Shown: piece by piece, positions 32,551 to 50,537 of the stretch
Layout: each line of letters opens with the position of its first letter
Numbering within the stretch: the first letter of the stretch is position 1
Source of the DNA: an uncultured Candidatus Rokubacteria bacterium
Lineage (GTDB): Bacteria > Methylomirabilota > Methylomirabilia > Rokubacteriales > CSP1-6
Assembly (NCBI GenBank): GCA_963827505.1
Contig: CAWHBD010000003.1
Location: 1,544,252 to 1,608,251 of the forward strand
DNA length: 64,000 bases
Direction: 5' to 3'
Notes under the pieces: model-generated
What the model saw: the letters and a program-made list of their open reading frames with translations, nothing else
Databases searched by the model: none
Told to the model about the DNA's origin: nothing
Translations under genes and position numbers: made by a program

Positions 32551-33762
32551 ATGAAGAAGGGGATCGTCATCGGGGCGCTGCTCGTGGTGTTCACGCTCTC
32601 GCTGGGCGGCTCAGCGGTGAGCAAGGTCACCGACAACGCCGCCACCTACGAGCAGCTGCGACTATTCACCGAGGTGCTGTCCATCGTCCAGAACCAGTAC
32701 GTGGACGAGGTGCCGCCCAAGGAACTGATCTACAGCGCCATCAAGGGCACCTTGCGCGGCCTCGATCCGCACAGCTCGTTCCTCGATCCCGAGAGCTACC
32801 GCGAGATGCAGGTCGAGACCTCCGGCAGCTTCGGCGGGCTCGGCATCGAGATCACGCTGAAGGACGACATCCTCACCGTGGTGGCTCCCATCGACGGCAC
32901 GCCCGCCTACCGGGCCGGCCTGCACACTGGTGACCGGATCTTCAAGATCGACGGTCTCCCCACCAAGGACATGCAGCTCGCCGACGCCGTCAAGCGGATG
33001 CGGGGCAAGCCCGGCACCAAGGTGACGATCAGCATCGTGCGAGAGGGCTGGGCCGAGCCCAAGGACTTCGACATCGTCCGCGAGCAGATTCGCGTGCAGT
33101 CGGTCCGTGAGGTACCGGTCGGGGACGGCATCGAGTACATCAAGCTGCGCCAGTTCCAGGAGCAGAGCCCGCACGACCTGGAGGCGGCGCTGGAGAAGGC
33201 CTCCAAGAACGGCATGAAGGCGTTGGTCCTCGACCTGCGCAACAACCCGGGCGGTCTGCTCACCGCGGCCGTCGAGGTCAGCGAGAAGTTCATCGACGAC
33301 GGCAAGCTCGTCGTCTACACCGAGGGCCGCGTCCGTAACCAGAACATGCGCTTCTCGGCTCACGCCAAGCGCGGGTACTCTCAGATGCCGATGGTGGTGC
33401 TGGTCAACCAGGGCAGCGCCTCGGCCTCGGAGATCGTGGCAGGCGCGCTGCAGGACTGGGGCCGGGCCACGATCATCGGCACCCAGACCTTCGGCAAGGG
33501 CTCGGTGCAGACCATCATCCCGCTGTCCGACGGTTCCGGGCTGCGGCTGACCACGGCCAAGTACTTCACGCCCAAGGGCCGGTCGATCCACGGCAAGGGG
33601 ATCACGCCCGACGTGATCGTGGAGATCCCCAAGGAGACGGCGCCGCCCAAGGAGCGCCCGCTGCCGTCCACCGATCCGCTCGATGATCTCAAGAAGGACG
33701 TGCAGCTGCAGAAGGCGCTCGAGGTGATCAAGACCCTGCGTACGGCGAAGTCGCAGGGCTAG
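32551..33762 (+). CDS. ctpA: Carboxyl-terminal processing protease S41 (PDZ)
   Basis: LDPHS, FGGLGI, DLRNNPGG, SASASE and GKGSVQ. Confidence 0.93.
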   Translation: MKKGIVIGALLVVFTLSLGGSAVSKVTDNAATYEQLRLFTEVLSIVQNQYVDEVPPKELIYSAIKGTLRGLDPHSSFLDPESYREMQVETSGSFGGLGIEITLKDDILTVVAPIDGTPAYRAGLHTGDRIFKIDGLPTKDMQLADAVKRMRGKPGTKVTISIVREGWAEPKDFDIVREQIRVQSVREVPVGDGIEYIKLRQFQEQSPHDLEAALEKASKNGMKALVLDLRNNPGGLLTAAVEVSEKFIDDGKLVVYTEGRVRNQNMRFSAHAKRGYSQMPMVVLVNQGSASASEIVAGALQDWGRATIIGTQTFGKGSVQTIIPLSDGSGLRLTTAKYFTPKGRSIHGKGITPDVIVEIPKETAPPKERPLPSTDPLDDLKKDVQLQKALEVIKTLRTAKSQG

Positions 33763-33770
33763 TACACCAC

Positions 33771-33819
33771 CACGAAGGCGATGGCGGCCGGGCCCGCCCG
33801 GCCCTCATCGCCTTTCGTG
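33771..33819. terminator. Long GC-rich hairpin after ctpA (putative terminator or REP)
   Basis: CACGAAGGCGATG...CATCGCCTTTCGTG outer stem with inner GGCCGGGC/GCCCGGCC stem. Confidence 0.55.
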
Positions 33820-33862
33820 TTTCTGGACGAGGGTGCCCGGAAAAGAGGCAGAACGTTCGACG

Positions 33863-34870
33863 ATGTCCAAGCTGGTTCTCGGGATCGAGAGCTCGTGTGA
33901 CGAGACGGCCGCGGCCGTCCTCGCCGACGGCCGCCGTCTGTTGTCGAGCGTGGTCGCCTCCCAGGACGACGTGCACGCGCCCTACGGCGGGGTCGTCCCG
34001 GAGCTCGCCTCGCGCCGCCACATCGAGGTGATCGTGCCGGTGGTCGACCGGGCGCTGGCCGACGCCGGCGTCCGCCTGGGCGACCTCGATGGGATTGCCG
34101 TCACCTGCGGCCCGGGCCTGGTCGGCTCCTTGCTGGTCGGCTGCTCCATGGCCAAGGCACTGGCGTGGGGGCACGGGCTGCCGCTGGTCGGCGTCAACCA
34201 CCTCGAGGGACACATCCACGCCGCCTTCCTCACCGACGACCCGCCCGAGTACCCGTTCGCCGCGCTCGTGGTCTCGGGGGGCCACACGGCGCTCTACCAC
34301 GCGCCGGCCCCGCTGACCTACCGCCTGATCGGGCAGACGCGTGACGACGCCGCCGGCGAGGCGTTCGACAAGGTGGCCAAGCTCCTGGGGCTGGGATTCC
34401 CGGGCGGACCCGATCATCCAGCGCACGGCCGAGCGCGGGGACCCGCGGGCGATCGAGTTCCCGCTGGCCCAGATCACCGACGGCGCCCGCGACTTCTCGT
34501 TCAGCGGGATCAAGACGCGGTGTCGCTCTACGTGAAGCGCCACGGACCGCTCTCCGAGGCCCAGGTGGCCGACGTCGCCGCCTCGTTCCAGGCCACGGTC
34601 GTGAAGATGCTGGTGCAGCGCACGGTGCGGGCGGCCCTCCACGTAGGCGTCGAGCGCGTCGTCCTCACCGGCGGGGTGGCCGCCAACGGCCCTCTCCGGG
34701 CGGCGCTCGCCGCCGCCGCCGCCGAGCACGACATTCACCTGCACGTTCCCCCGCCGCGTCTCTGCACCGACAACGCCGCCATGATCACGATGGCGGGCGC
34801 CGCCCGCCTGGCCGCCGGTGAGCGCGCCCCGCTGACGCTGAACGCCCAGCCCGATCTTGCGCTGGCGTGA
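33863..34870 (+). CDS. tsaD: tRNA N6-threonylcarbamoyltransferase TsaD (compensating internal frameshifts)
   Basis: [42 protein letters not shown] and CTDNAAMI. Confidence 0.95.
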   Translation: MSKLVLGIESSCDETAAAVLADGRRLLSSVVASQDDVHAPYGGVVPELASRRHIEVIVPVVDRALADAGVRLGDLDGIAVTCGPGLVGSLLVGCSMAKALAWGHGLPLVGVNHLEGHIHAAFLTDDPPEYPFAALVVSGGHTALYHAPAPLTYRLIGQTRDDAAGEAFDKVAKLLGLGFPGGPDHPAHGRARGPAGDRVPAGPDHRRRPRLLVQRDQDAVSLYVKRHGPLSEAQVADVAASFQATVVKMLVQRTVRAALHVGVERVVLTGGVAANGPLRAALAAAAAEHDIHLHVPPPRLCTDNAAMITMAGAARLAAGERAPLTLNAQPDLALA

Positions 34871-34900
34871 GCTGAGGAGCATGCGGCGGGGTGGGTGCTC

Positions 34901-35975
34901 ATGAACTTCCAGTCGGTCCTGGCCGGCCTTCCCGACGCGGTGATCGCCGTCGACGACGCACTGCGGGTCGTGTTCTGGAACGCCGCCGCTGAAGTGCTCG
35001 TCGAGCGCTCGGCCCGCCGCGTCGAGGGCCGGCTGCTCAAGGAGGTCTTCGCCGCCGACGCCTCGCTGGTACGCCGGCTGTCGGAGACGCTGGCGACCGG
35101 CGAGAGTCGCTCGGAGGCCGAGGGCATCATCGAGCGCCCCGATCACCGGCAGGTCCCGGTCAGCATCGTGACGGCGCCGCTCTTCGATCGGGACGGTCGC
35201 GTGGAGGCCGCGGTGGCGGTACTGCGCGATCTCTCGCGGATCCGCCAGCTCGAGGCCGAGGTGCGCCGCGGCGAGACGCTGGCCTCGGCGGGCCGGATGG
35301 CGGTGGGGCTGGCCCACGAGATCCGCAACCCGCTCGGCGCCATCCGCGGGGCCGTCCAACTCCTGGACCGCGAGCTGGGCCCGGAGTCCTCGCTGCACGA
35401 GTACACGCGCGTGCTGCTGAGCGAGGTCGATCGCGTCAACCGCATCATCGAGATGCTGCTCGAACCTCGCCAAGCCGGCGCCCATCCACCCGATGCCGCT
35501 CAACCTGCACCAGCTGCTCGAGCGCATCGCCCTCCTGAGCGAGGAGACGGCCCGAGACCGGCGGGTGACGATCGTGCGACGGTACGATCCGAGCTTGCCG
35601 CCGATCCTCGGCGACGAGGACCGGCTGCTGCAGGTGTTCCACAACCTCGTGCGCAACGCGATCGAGTCGATGGCCGACGGTGGCCAGCTGATGCTGGTCA
35701 CTCGCGTGAGCCTCGGCCAGCTCTTCGGCAAGGTGGATCTCGGCTCTGGCCAGCGCACGATGGTGGAGGTGCTGGTGACGGACGAGGGAGCGGGCATCCC
35801 GGCCGCGGCGCGGGCGCGGATCTTCGACCCGTTCTTCACCACCAAGGAGGGCGGGCTGGGTCTTGGTCTCGCCATCTGCCACCAGGTGCTCGAGCAACAC
35901 CGCGGCGCCATCCAGGTGGACAGCGCCGAAGGCCGCGGCACCACCGTCACCTGCTTCCTGCCCATCGCGCGATGA
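34901..35975 (+). CDS. Cytoplasmic PAS histidine kinase, NtrB-like (one frameshift)
   Basis: PAS domain; AHEIRNPL H-box; NLVRNA; FDPFFTTKEGGLGLGL; no TM segment. Confidence 0.9.
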
Positions 35976-35991
35976 GCGCCCACGGAGCCCC

Positions 35992-37419
<1,428 letters not shown>

Positions 37420-37440
37420 GCGGCACCGTCACCGGCGCCC

Positions 37441-37503
37441 GCGCAACGTCTGCGCGATCGCCGCGCAACACCTGCGTGACGACGTTGTCGCGCAATCGTG
37501 CGT
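37441..37503. promoter_or_regulatory. Tandem palindromic operator sites GCGCA-N5-TGCG upstream of glmS copy 2
   Basis: GCGCAACGTCTGCGC (37441), GCGCAACACCTGCGT (37463, +22 bp) and variant GCGCAATCGTGCGT (37490). Confidence 0.55.
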
Positions 37504-37608
37504 GGACTCGTTCTAGAATCGAACATCGTCGTTCGCGTGTAGTGCACGAGGTCGATGGCGCGACATTCCGCGCGGCGGCAGCGGATCGTCGTCAGTGAGG
37601 CGTCGAAG

Positions 37609-39447
<1,839 letters not shown>

Positions 39448-39523
39448 GCCCTCTCGGTCCGACGGATCGCCTTCGCCGCCTCGCCGACACCGGAAAAATG
39501 AGGGATGTCCTTGCGCAGCCGAC

Positions 39524-39662
39524 GGCCAATAATTGGCCATCTAATGGCACTGTGCCTGGTCGTTTAGTGTCCAACCATCCAGTTCATGGCTCGCTACCAT
39601 GTCAGTAAGTACATGAAAAATTTCAATAGTTAACATGGGATTCCTTTGGCCCACGCCTTGCG
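39524..39662 (+). promoter_or_regulatory. Sigma54 promoter region: 7-1-7 palindrome, AT-rich tract and -24/-12 box
   Basis: GGCCAAT-A-ATTGGCC at 39524-39538; AT-rich 39606-39636; TGGCCCACGCCTTGC (GG-N10-GC) at 39647-39661. Confidence 0.55.
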
Positions 39663-39795
39663 TAGTTCTTGCGCCCGTATGCAGAAACAGCACGGGGACG
39701 AAAAAGTGTCGAAATACTTGCCGACTCCCGAGGCGGATCATAAAATTGCGGCTCCCTTTCGAAACGCCCGCGGTAGCGGGGAGAAGAGGTCCGAC

Positions 39796-40869
39796 GTGAG
39801 CCGGGTTGTGGCAGCCGACAGCGATGCAATGCCCTATGTCGTCGGGGAATCGACGCGGATGCGGGAGATCTACACGATCATCCGCAAGGCCGCGCCCTGG
39901 GACGCGAACGTATGCATCGAGGGTGAGAACGGAACGGGCAAGGAGCTGGTGGCCCGGGCCGTACACTTCTCTGGCCCGCGCCGGGACCATCCGTTCGTGA
40001 CCCTGGACTGCTCGACGATCGCCGAGGGTCTGATCGAAAGCCACCTCTTCGGGCACGTCAAGGGAGCGTTCACCGGAGCCGTCTCCAGCCGGCAGGGCGT
40101 GTTCGCCCAGGGGCACACCGGGACGGTGTTCATCGACGAGATCACCGAGCTTGCCCCGCACCTGCAGGCCAAGCTGCTGCGCGTCATCCAGACGGGCGAG
40201 TTCGTGATGGTCGGAGGTAGCCAGCCGCAGCGGGTGAACGTGCGAATCATCACCGCGACCAATCGTGATCTCCGGCAGGCGGTCGCCAAGGGCACCTTCC
40301 GGGAGGATCTGTACTTCCGTATCGCGGTCGTCCACATCTCGATCCCGCCGCTCCGTGAGCGGCGCAAGGACATCGCGCTGCTCGCCGAGCACTTCCTCCG
40401 CGAGTTCGTGGCCTCTGGGCATCGTCAGGACATTCGCGGCCTCACGCCCCGGGCGATGAATGCGCTCGTCAACTACTCGTGGCCGGGCAACGTCCGCCAG
40501 CTCAAGAACTGGATCGAGCAGGCCCTCGTGCTCGCCGACGGGGAGCTCATCGACCTCGAGCATTTCCCATCGCTGACCCGCGAGACCTCCGAGGTCATGG
40601 GCGCCCAGGCGCCCCTGGCGCCGCTCGGCCTCCGGCTCGAGGAGCTTGAGCGCTGGTACGTCCTCGAGACCCTCCGTCGCGCGGACGGCAACCGCACCAA
40701 GGCCGCCCGTCAGCTCGGGATCAGCCTTCGAGGCCTGCAGTACAAGCTGCGGCGCTACGGCACGAGCGTCGGTGGCAGTGAGCCCGATGTCACCGGCGGC
40801 GCGGTTGGCGGGGGGATGGGGACGATTCGTCAGTGGCACGACCGGCCGGGCATCTCCATGAACGGCTGA
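39796..40869 (+). CDS. Sigma54-dependent enhancer-binding protein lacking an N-terminal sensory domain
   Basis: GENGTGKE, GAFTGA, EDLYFRI and WPGNVRQL; Fis HTH GNRTKAARQLGISLRGLQYKL; GAGG SD before GTG. Confidence 0.9.
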   Translation: MSRVVAADSDAMPYVVGESTRMREIYTIIRKAAPWDANVCIEGENGTGKELVARAVHFSGPRRDHPFVTLDCSTIAEGLIESHLFGHVKGAFTGAVSSRQGVFAQGHTGTVFIDEITELAPHLQAKLLRVIQTGEFVMVGGSQPQRVNVRIITATNRDLRQAVAKGTFREDLYFRIAVVHISIPPLRERRKDIALLAEHFLREFVASGHRQDIRGLTPRAMNALVNYSWPGNVRQLKNWIEQALVLADGELIDLEHFPSLTRETSEVMGAQAPLAPLGLRLEELERWYVLETLRRADGNRTKAARQLGISLRGLQYKLRRYGTSVGGSEPDVTGGAVGGGMGTIRQWHDRPGISMNG

Positions 40870-41012
40870 GGCCGCCCGCCCCATCCGAATCCGATCGGAT
40901 TTGCCGCCGACCGGGCCCCTCCCGGATCGGCGGGTACGAGGGTTCGTAAGCTTTTCCGACACCCTGATGCCCTCCGCTTAGATTACAGCCGTGCTTCGCA
41001 GTATCATTGGCC

Positions 41013-41390
41013 ATGCCCCCGAGCTCGGTGTTGCTTGTCGAGGATGACGACGCGGTGCGTGGACTGTTCGAGGACACGCTCCGGAGCGCCGGATTCTCGG
41101 TGCGCGCCGTGTCGCTCGCTTCCGACACCTTCGAGGCGTTGCGCGAGGGTACGCCGGACGTGATCGTGCTCGATCTCGGAATGCCGCGAGGCACGCTGCA
41201 GGGCATGGAGATGCTGGCGCGTCTGCGCGAGATCGAGAAGTGGCGGGATATCCCCGTGGTGATCCTGTCGGCCTTCGGTGACGTGGTGAATCGAGACGTG
41301 ACGGGACGGCTGGGCGTGGCGGCGATCTTGGCCAAGCCGCTCGTCGAGGTCGACGAGCTGACGCGAACGATCAGACGGATCGGTCGTTAA
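41013..41390 (+). CDS. Single-domain response regulator
   Basis: VLLVEDD, IVLDLGMP, VILSA and ILAKP. Confidence 0.88.
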   Translation: MPPSSVLLVEDDDAVRGLFEDTLRSAGFSVRAVSLASDTFEALREGTPDVIVLDLGMPRGTLQGMEMLARLREIEKWRDIPVVILSAFGDVVNRDVTGRLGVAAILAKPLVEVDELTRTIRRIGR

Positions 41391-41724
41391 CTCCGCCGTC
41401 GTCCGTTCGCGGAAACACGTGCATCGCTCCTTGCGACACCGTCACAAACTGCATCGATTCCATCCGGAGTGCCTCGTCCACGTGCTGGCGAGTCCGGCGG
41501 TCGGTCGCGCGTCGATCGGCCCGCACCTCGGTCGCGCCGCTGCGCCGGTCGCGCCCGCGGCGGCGGTCCAGGATCACCTCGACGTTGTCCTCGGCGGCAA
41601 AGCGCGCGCGCACGTAGTCGTACAGGCCCGGGTGATATCGAGAAATGATCAGCAGGTGCCGGAGCAGGCGGGCGCCAGATGGCCCGCTCGTCACGGTCGT
41701 TTCCCACACGGTCTCGGTTCGCAT
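41371..41724 (-). CDS. Small hypothetical protein with tandem DRR motifs
   Basis: LIISRYHPGLYDYVRARF...VEVILDRRRGRDRR...DRRATDRR. Confidence 0.65.
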   Translation of the reverse strand: MRTETVWETTVTSGPSGARLLRHLLIISRYHPGLYDYVRARFAAEDNVEVILDRRRGRDRRSGATEVRADRRATDRRTRQHVDEALRMESMQFVTVSQGAMHVFPRTDDGGVNDRSV

Positions 41725-42062
41725 GGTCTTGGCAAGGTCCTCCGAACTCTCACGAGCACCGTCCCCCGGCTGGTCTGCACGGAGTGCATAAGCCGCGCCC
41801 CGCGACGGAACGCCAACAAAACGCGCACATACGCGCGCAGGGGCCGAGAGCCCTTGGCCTGATGTAAAGAGACCCGACGGAGGCCGTCTGGGTCCCCGCG
41901 ACCAAACGCCCCAAACTTGACACGCGCTCGGCCCCTATGCCACTGTGTCCACCCCAGGTGATTCACCACGTTAGGAGGGCCGGGCAGATGATTGCTCGGG
42001 GCGGTCTGGCCCCTACGCTGTCCTCGCGGCAATCCGTCGCACTCACACGAAGGAGACGCCCA

Positions 42063-43061
42063 GTGACGAAACGTATTGGTGCTGGCTTGCTGGTTGTCGT
42101 GCTGCTCCTGGCGGCCGCTGCGCCGACTGTCGCCCAGGACATGGGCGTCATCACGGGATCGGAGAAGGGGACGTATTACCAGTTCGGTCTCGACCTGCAG
42201 AAGCTCGTCAAGCCCACCGGCGTCAACCTGAGCGTCCACCCGTCCAAGGGGTCGGTTGAGAACATCTTCGCCGTCTATCAGCGGCCGGGCGTGCAGCTTG
42301 GTATCGTCCAATCCGACGTGCTCGCCTTCGTGGCGCGCCTGCAGAACGACCCGGTCCTGACCCGTATCGCCAAGAAGACCAAGATGGTGTTTCCGCTGTA
42401 CAACGAGGAGGTTCATCTCATCGGCAAGCGGGGGATCGCCGAGTTCGACGACCTGGCCGGCCGGCGGGTTGCCGTCGGCCGCGAGGGCAGCGGTACCTAT
42501 CTCACCGCGCGCCTGCTCTTCAAGCTGTCGGAGGTGACGCCCAGCGAGATGGTGCTGATCGACACCCAGGAGGCGCTGACCGAGCTCAAGGCAGGCCGTG
42601 TCGACGCGATGTTCTACGTCGCCGGCTACCCGGTGCGCCTGCTCAAGGAGGACATCAGCGACAGCGACCAGCTGGCGGTGATCCCGATCCTGAACAAGAG
42701 CATCGTCGAGTTCTACCCGCGAGCCGAGATCCCGGCCGGCACGTACGCGTGGCAGCCCACCCTGGTCAACACGGTGGCCGCCAAGGCGGTGCTGGTGTCG
42801 TTCGACTTCCGCCGCAAGGACTGCGACGCCGTCGGCAAGGTCGCTCAGCTCATCGCCAGCCGCCAGGATTGGTTACAGAAGAATGGACACCCCAAGTGGA
42901 AGGCCGTGGATCTGAACTATCCACTCCGCGGGTGGGAGCAGTACGACTGCGTGCGCAAGGTCCTCGGCAAGCCGGCTCCGGCCGCCGCCGCTGGCGGCAC
43001 CACTCCCCGGGTGGGTCAGAACCCGGTGTTCGACGCGATCAAGGGGGTACTGGACGAGTGA
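42063..43061 (+). CDS. TAXI family TRAP solute-binding protein
   Basis: AGGAG SD; signal peptide; TGSEKGTYY, SKGSVEN, GIVQSD, LYNEEVH and GREGSGT. Confidence 0.9.
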   Translation: MTKRIGAGLLVVVLLLAAAAPTVAQDMGVITGSEKGTYYQFGLDLQKLVKPTGVNLSVHPSKGSVENIFAVYQRPGVQLGIVQSDVLAFVARLQNDPVLTRIAKKTKMVFPLYNEEVHLIGKRGIAEFDDLAGRRVAVGREGSGTYLTARLLFKLSEVTPSEMVLIDTQEALTELKAGRVDAMFYVAGYPVRLLKEDISDSDQLAVIPILNKSIVEFYPRAEIPAGTYAWQPTLVNTVAAKAVLVSFDFRRKDCDAVGKVAQLIASRQDWLQKNGHPKWKAVDLNYPLRGWEQYDCVRKVLGKPAPAAAAGGTTPRVGQNPVFDAIKGVLDE

Positions 43062-43992
43062 AGCTGTGGCGTCTGATCACGCTCGTTGCAGGGGGCGGCA
43101 TGCTGGTGGTCCTCGGCGCGGCTGCGCTGATCGTGTGGCCGCTGGTATGGCCGCCGGACCCGGACGCCTCCGTGCAGCTCGTGAACGGGCGCTTGATGGG
43201 CGAGGTCACCGGCTACGTCGGTCGCGTCGACCGCGACGCGCGCACCCTGGATGTCTCGGCGAGCCTGGTCGGCTGGCGCCCGGTCCCACTGACGGTCAAC
43301 GAGTCCACGTCCATCCTGGTGCAGAATCGTCAGGGAGCGTTCGGCGATCTCTGGAAGGACTTGCCGGTACGGGTGTCCTACGAGGTCGTCGGTGACGCCC
43401 GGCTGGCGAAGTCGATCGAGGTGGTCGCCGCCGAGTCCGAGATAGCGCGCGCGGCCGCGAGTAGCGCCGCGAAGACACCCGCGGCCGCAGCCCCGGCTCC
43501 CCCACCCGCCGCCGTCGCGCCGGCGGCGGTCGTTCCGCCGGGGCCCGTCACTCCGCCGCCTCCGGTCGTCGCACCTCCACCGGTAGCGCGCACCCCCGAG
43601 CGAGAGCCGGCAGCCGTCGTCTCGCCCCCGCCCCTCGCGCTGCCCCCGCCCCCTGTCCCGCCGGCGCCCGTCGCAGCCCCACCAGCGGCCGCACGGATCC
43701 CGGAGCCAGAGCCGGCGAAGCCCCCAACGAGCCAGCCGCCGGCTCGAGCGGTCGTCCCTCCGCCGGTGCCCCGGCCGGCCCCGGCCCCCGCGGTTGAGCC
43801 TCCCAGGCGCGTCGAGCCCCCGGTCACCGCCGTTGAGCCTCCCAAGCGCGTGGAGCCTCCGGTCGCCGCCCGGGAGCCTCGGCCCGCATCGGAGCCGCCG
43901 GCGCCGGTTCGCCGACCCCCACCGGCCGTCGAGGCTGACAGCAGCGACGGAGCCGCCGCCATCGACTGGCTCCTCAAGGACCGCGGCAGCCG

Positions 43993-43996
<4 letters not shown>
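43058..43996 (+). CDS. Membrane-anchored protein: OB-fold (DUF5666-like) domain plus long Pro-rich stalk
   Basis: GTGA overlap with the TAXI stop; N-terminal TM helix; Pro/Ala-rich C-terminal half ending DGAAAIDWLLK. Confidence 0.7.
43793..43870 (+). repeat. 39-bp imperfect tandem duplication within the Pro-rich gene
   Basis: Encodes VEPPRRVEPPVTA then VEPPKRVEPPVAA. Confidence 0.7.
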
Positions 43997-48337
<4,341 letters not shown>

Positions 48338-48535
48338 TCACGACGCGTGCCTGACGCGCGCCGGCTGGCCGACGTGTTCGCCGGCTGCCGGTAGCGCGGG
48401 CCCCGGGAAACGGGGCCGGGCCATGCGAGCCGGCCCGTCGCGAGAGTGATATCATCAGCCTCCGGTGAAGATGCGTCACATGTCCCTCTCCACGGCGTGC
48501 GGAGTGGTGCGAGCGGCCCGGCCGCGGATCTCCAG

Positions 48536-49321
48536 ATGAGCCTCGCCCCCGGCAGCGCGATCGTCACCGGTGGGGGCTCGGGCATCGGCAAGGCCATCGC
48601 CCTCGCCCTGGCGGGTGCCGGTGCCCCGGTGGCGGTGGTCGACCTGCTGCCCGAGGGCGGGGCCGCCGTCGTCGCCGAGATCGGTCGAGCCGGGGGCAAG
48701 AGTTCTTTCATCGCTGCCGACGTCAGCCGCTGGGAGGACGTCGACCGTGCGGTGGCCGAGGCGGTGCGCGGGCTGGGCCCGCTCGGCATCCTGGTCAACG
48801 CGGCGGGCATCCTCGACGGCTATGCGCCGGTCCACGAGATGTCACCGGCCCTGTGGACGAAAGTCATCGCCATCAACCTGGGCGGCACGTTCTTCGGCTG
48901 CAAGCGCGCGCTGCAGGAGATGGCCCCGGCCGGCCACGGTCGCATCATCAACCTGGCCTCGGTGGCCGGGCTGGTCGGCGACGGCGGCGGCCCCGCCTAC
49001 GTCGCGTCCAAGCACGGCGTCGTCGGCCTCACCCGGCAGCTGGCGGTGAACCATGCCGCCCGGGGCGTCACCGTGAACGCGATCTGCCCGGGGCCCATTC
49101 AGACCGGGCTGCGCGCCAACTCGACGTCGATCCTCGGCACCGACGCCCCCGTCATGCGCGGCGTCGGCGGCGACGAGGCGGCTATCAAGGCGGTGACGCC
49201 GATGGGCCGGCGCGGAACCGTCGAGGAGATCGCCGCCACCGCGCTCTTCCTGGCCAGCGCGGAGGCCGGCTACATCACCGGCCACACACTCGTGATCGAT
49301 GGAGGATGGACCGCGCGATGA
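48536..49321 (+). CDS. SDR family NAD(P)-dependent oxidoreductase
   Basis: TGGGSGIG, NAAG, YVASK, VNAICPG and IDGG. Confidence 0.92.
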   Translation: MSLAPGSAIVTGGGSGIGKAIALALAGAGAPVAVVDLLPEGGAAVVAEIGRAGGKSSFIAADVSRWEDVDRAVAEAVRGLGPLGILVNAAGILDGYAPVHEMSPALWTKVIAINLGGTFFGCKRALQEMAPAGHGRIINLASVAGLVGDGGGPAYVASKHGVVGLTRQLAVNHAARGVTVNAICPGPIQTGLRANSTSILGTDAPVMRGVGGDEAAIKAVTPMGRRGTVEEIAATALFLASAEAGYITGHTLVIDGGWTAR

Positions 49322-50457
49322 TCAAGCGATTCCACTCGCTGTACGTCGGCCAGATCGACCTGGAGAACATCGGCCTGCAGGGGGTTCCGGCCAACGACCG
49401 GCGCTACGGCAACGAGCGACTCTCCGAGGTGTTCTGGACCGCCCGCGACGTCGCCCAGCTGATGGACGAGCTCGGCTACTACGCGTTCTGGACGGCCGAG
49501 CACCACTTCCAGCACGAAGGCTACGAGTGCTTCCCGAACCTCATCCAGCTCTCCCTGTGGCTGGCCACCCAGACCAAGCGTCTCAAGCTCGGCTGCGCCT
49601 TCAACGTCCTGCCCATGTGGCACCCGATCCGCCTCGCCGAGGACTACGCGATGGCCGACATCGTCACCGACGGCCGCGTCATCATGGGCGTCGGGCGCGG
49701 CTACCACTCGCGCGAGGTCGAGAGCTTCGGCGCGCCCGTCATCGACCAGGCGGCCAACCGGGCGCTGTTCGAGGAGCAGGTCGACCTCATGTTGAAGTGC
49801 TTCAACCAGGAGTCGTTCAGCCATCACGGTAAGGCCTACGAGGCGCCGCCGCCGGTGGAGTATCGCGGCTACCAGATGAAGGAGATCACCTGCGTGCCGC
49901 GGCCCAAGCACCTGCCGGTCGAGGTGTGGATGCCGATCGCCAGCAGCAAGTCCATCGACTACATGGCCTCGAAGAACTTCAAGGCGATGGTCACCCTCAA
50001 CGGCGAGAAGATCCTCGACGACGTCGTCAAGGCCTATCGTGACGCCTGCTCCCGCCATGGCCATCCCAAGCAGCTCGGCGAGGACATGATCTGGGGCGCA
50101 GGTCTCTACCTGGCCGACACGCCGGAGGAGGCCAAGCGCCGGGTCGAACCCTCGCACGACGAGCGCTACAAGTGGTTCGCGCCGTTCGGGTTCGTGCGCT
50201 ACGCCGACGAGCATGGCCGCACGTGGGGCACGCCGGGGGCACCGGCCCGTATCCCGACCCTGGCCGACGGCATCCAGCAGAAGGCGTGGTTTTGCGGTCC
50301 GCCGGCCCACGTGATCGAGGGCATCAAGTCGATCGAGGCGAAGTACCCCGGGCTCGAGGACTTCATGATCCACTGGGCGGAGGGGCTCTCCCCCAAGGAG
50401 TTCAAGGAGCAGCTGCGCTGGTTCGCGCGTGACGTGATGCCGGCGTTCCGGGGCTGA
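49318..50457 (+). CDS. LLM class (luciferase-like) flavin-dependent oxidoreductase
   Basis: WTAEHHFQ, HPIRLAED and GVGRGY; ATGA overlap with the SDR stop. Confidence 0.9.
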   Translation: MIKRFHSLYVGQIDLENIGLQGVPANDRRYGNERLSEVFWTARDVAQLMDELGYYAFWTAEHHFQHEGYECFPNLIQLSLWLATQTKRLKLGCAFNVLPMWHPIRLAEDYAMADIVTDGRVIMGVGRGYHSREVESFGAPVIDQAANRALFEEQVDLMLKCFNQESFSHHGKAYEAPPPVEYRGYQMKEITCVPRPKHLPVEVWMPIASSKSIDYMASKNFKAMVTLNGEKILDDVVKAYRDACSRHGHPKQLGEDMIWGAGLYLADTPEEAKRRVEPSHDERYKWFAPFGFVRYADEHGRTWGTPGAPARIPTLADGIQQKAWFCGPPAHVIEGIKSIEAKYPGLEDFMIHWAEGLSPKEFKEQLRWFARDVMPAFRG

Positions 50458-50537
50458 CCGACCTCCGGGAGTCGTCCGGGCCGCGACGGGTCAGTTCGGC
50501 CCGCCGCTAGCGGGACCCAATGTGTCCGTTTCCAGTA

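Noticed and set aside
37556-37571. Confident sigma54 promoter for glmS2
   Set aside because: Spacing is GG-N11-GC and TTGC is absent; kept only as a caveated part of a finding
41785-41800. Sigma54 box GGGCGCGGCTTATGCA (minus strand) for the DRR protein
   Set aside because: Poor -24 element (GGGCGC) in GC-rich DNA; could be chance
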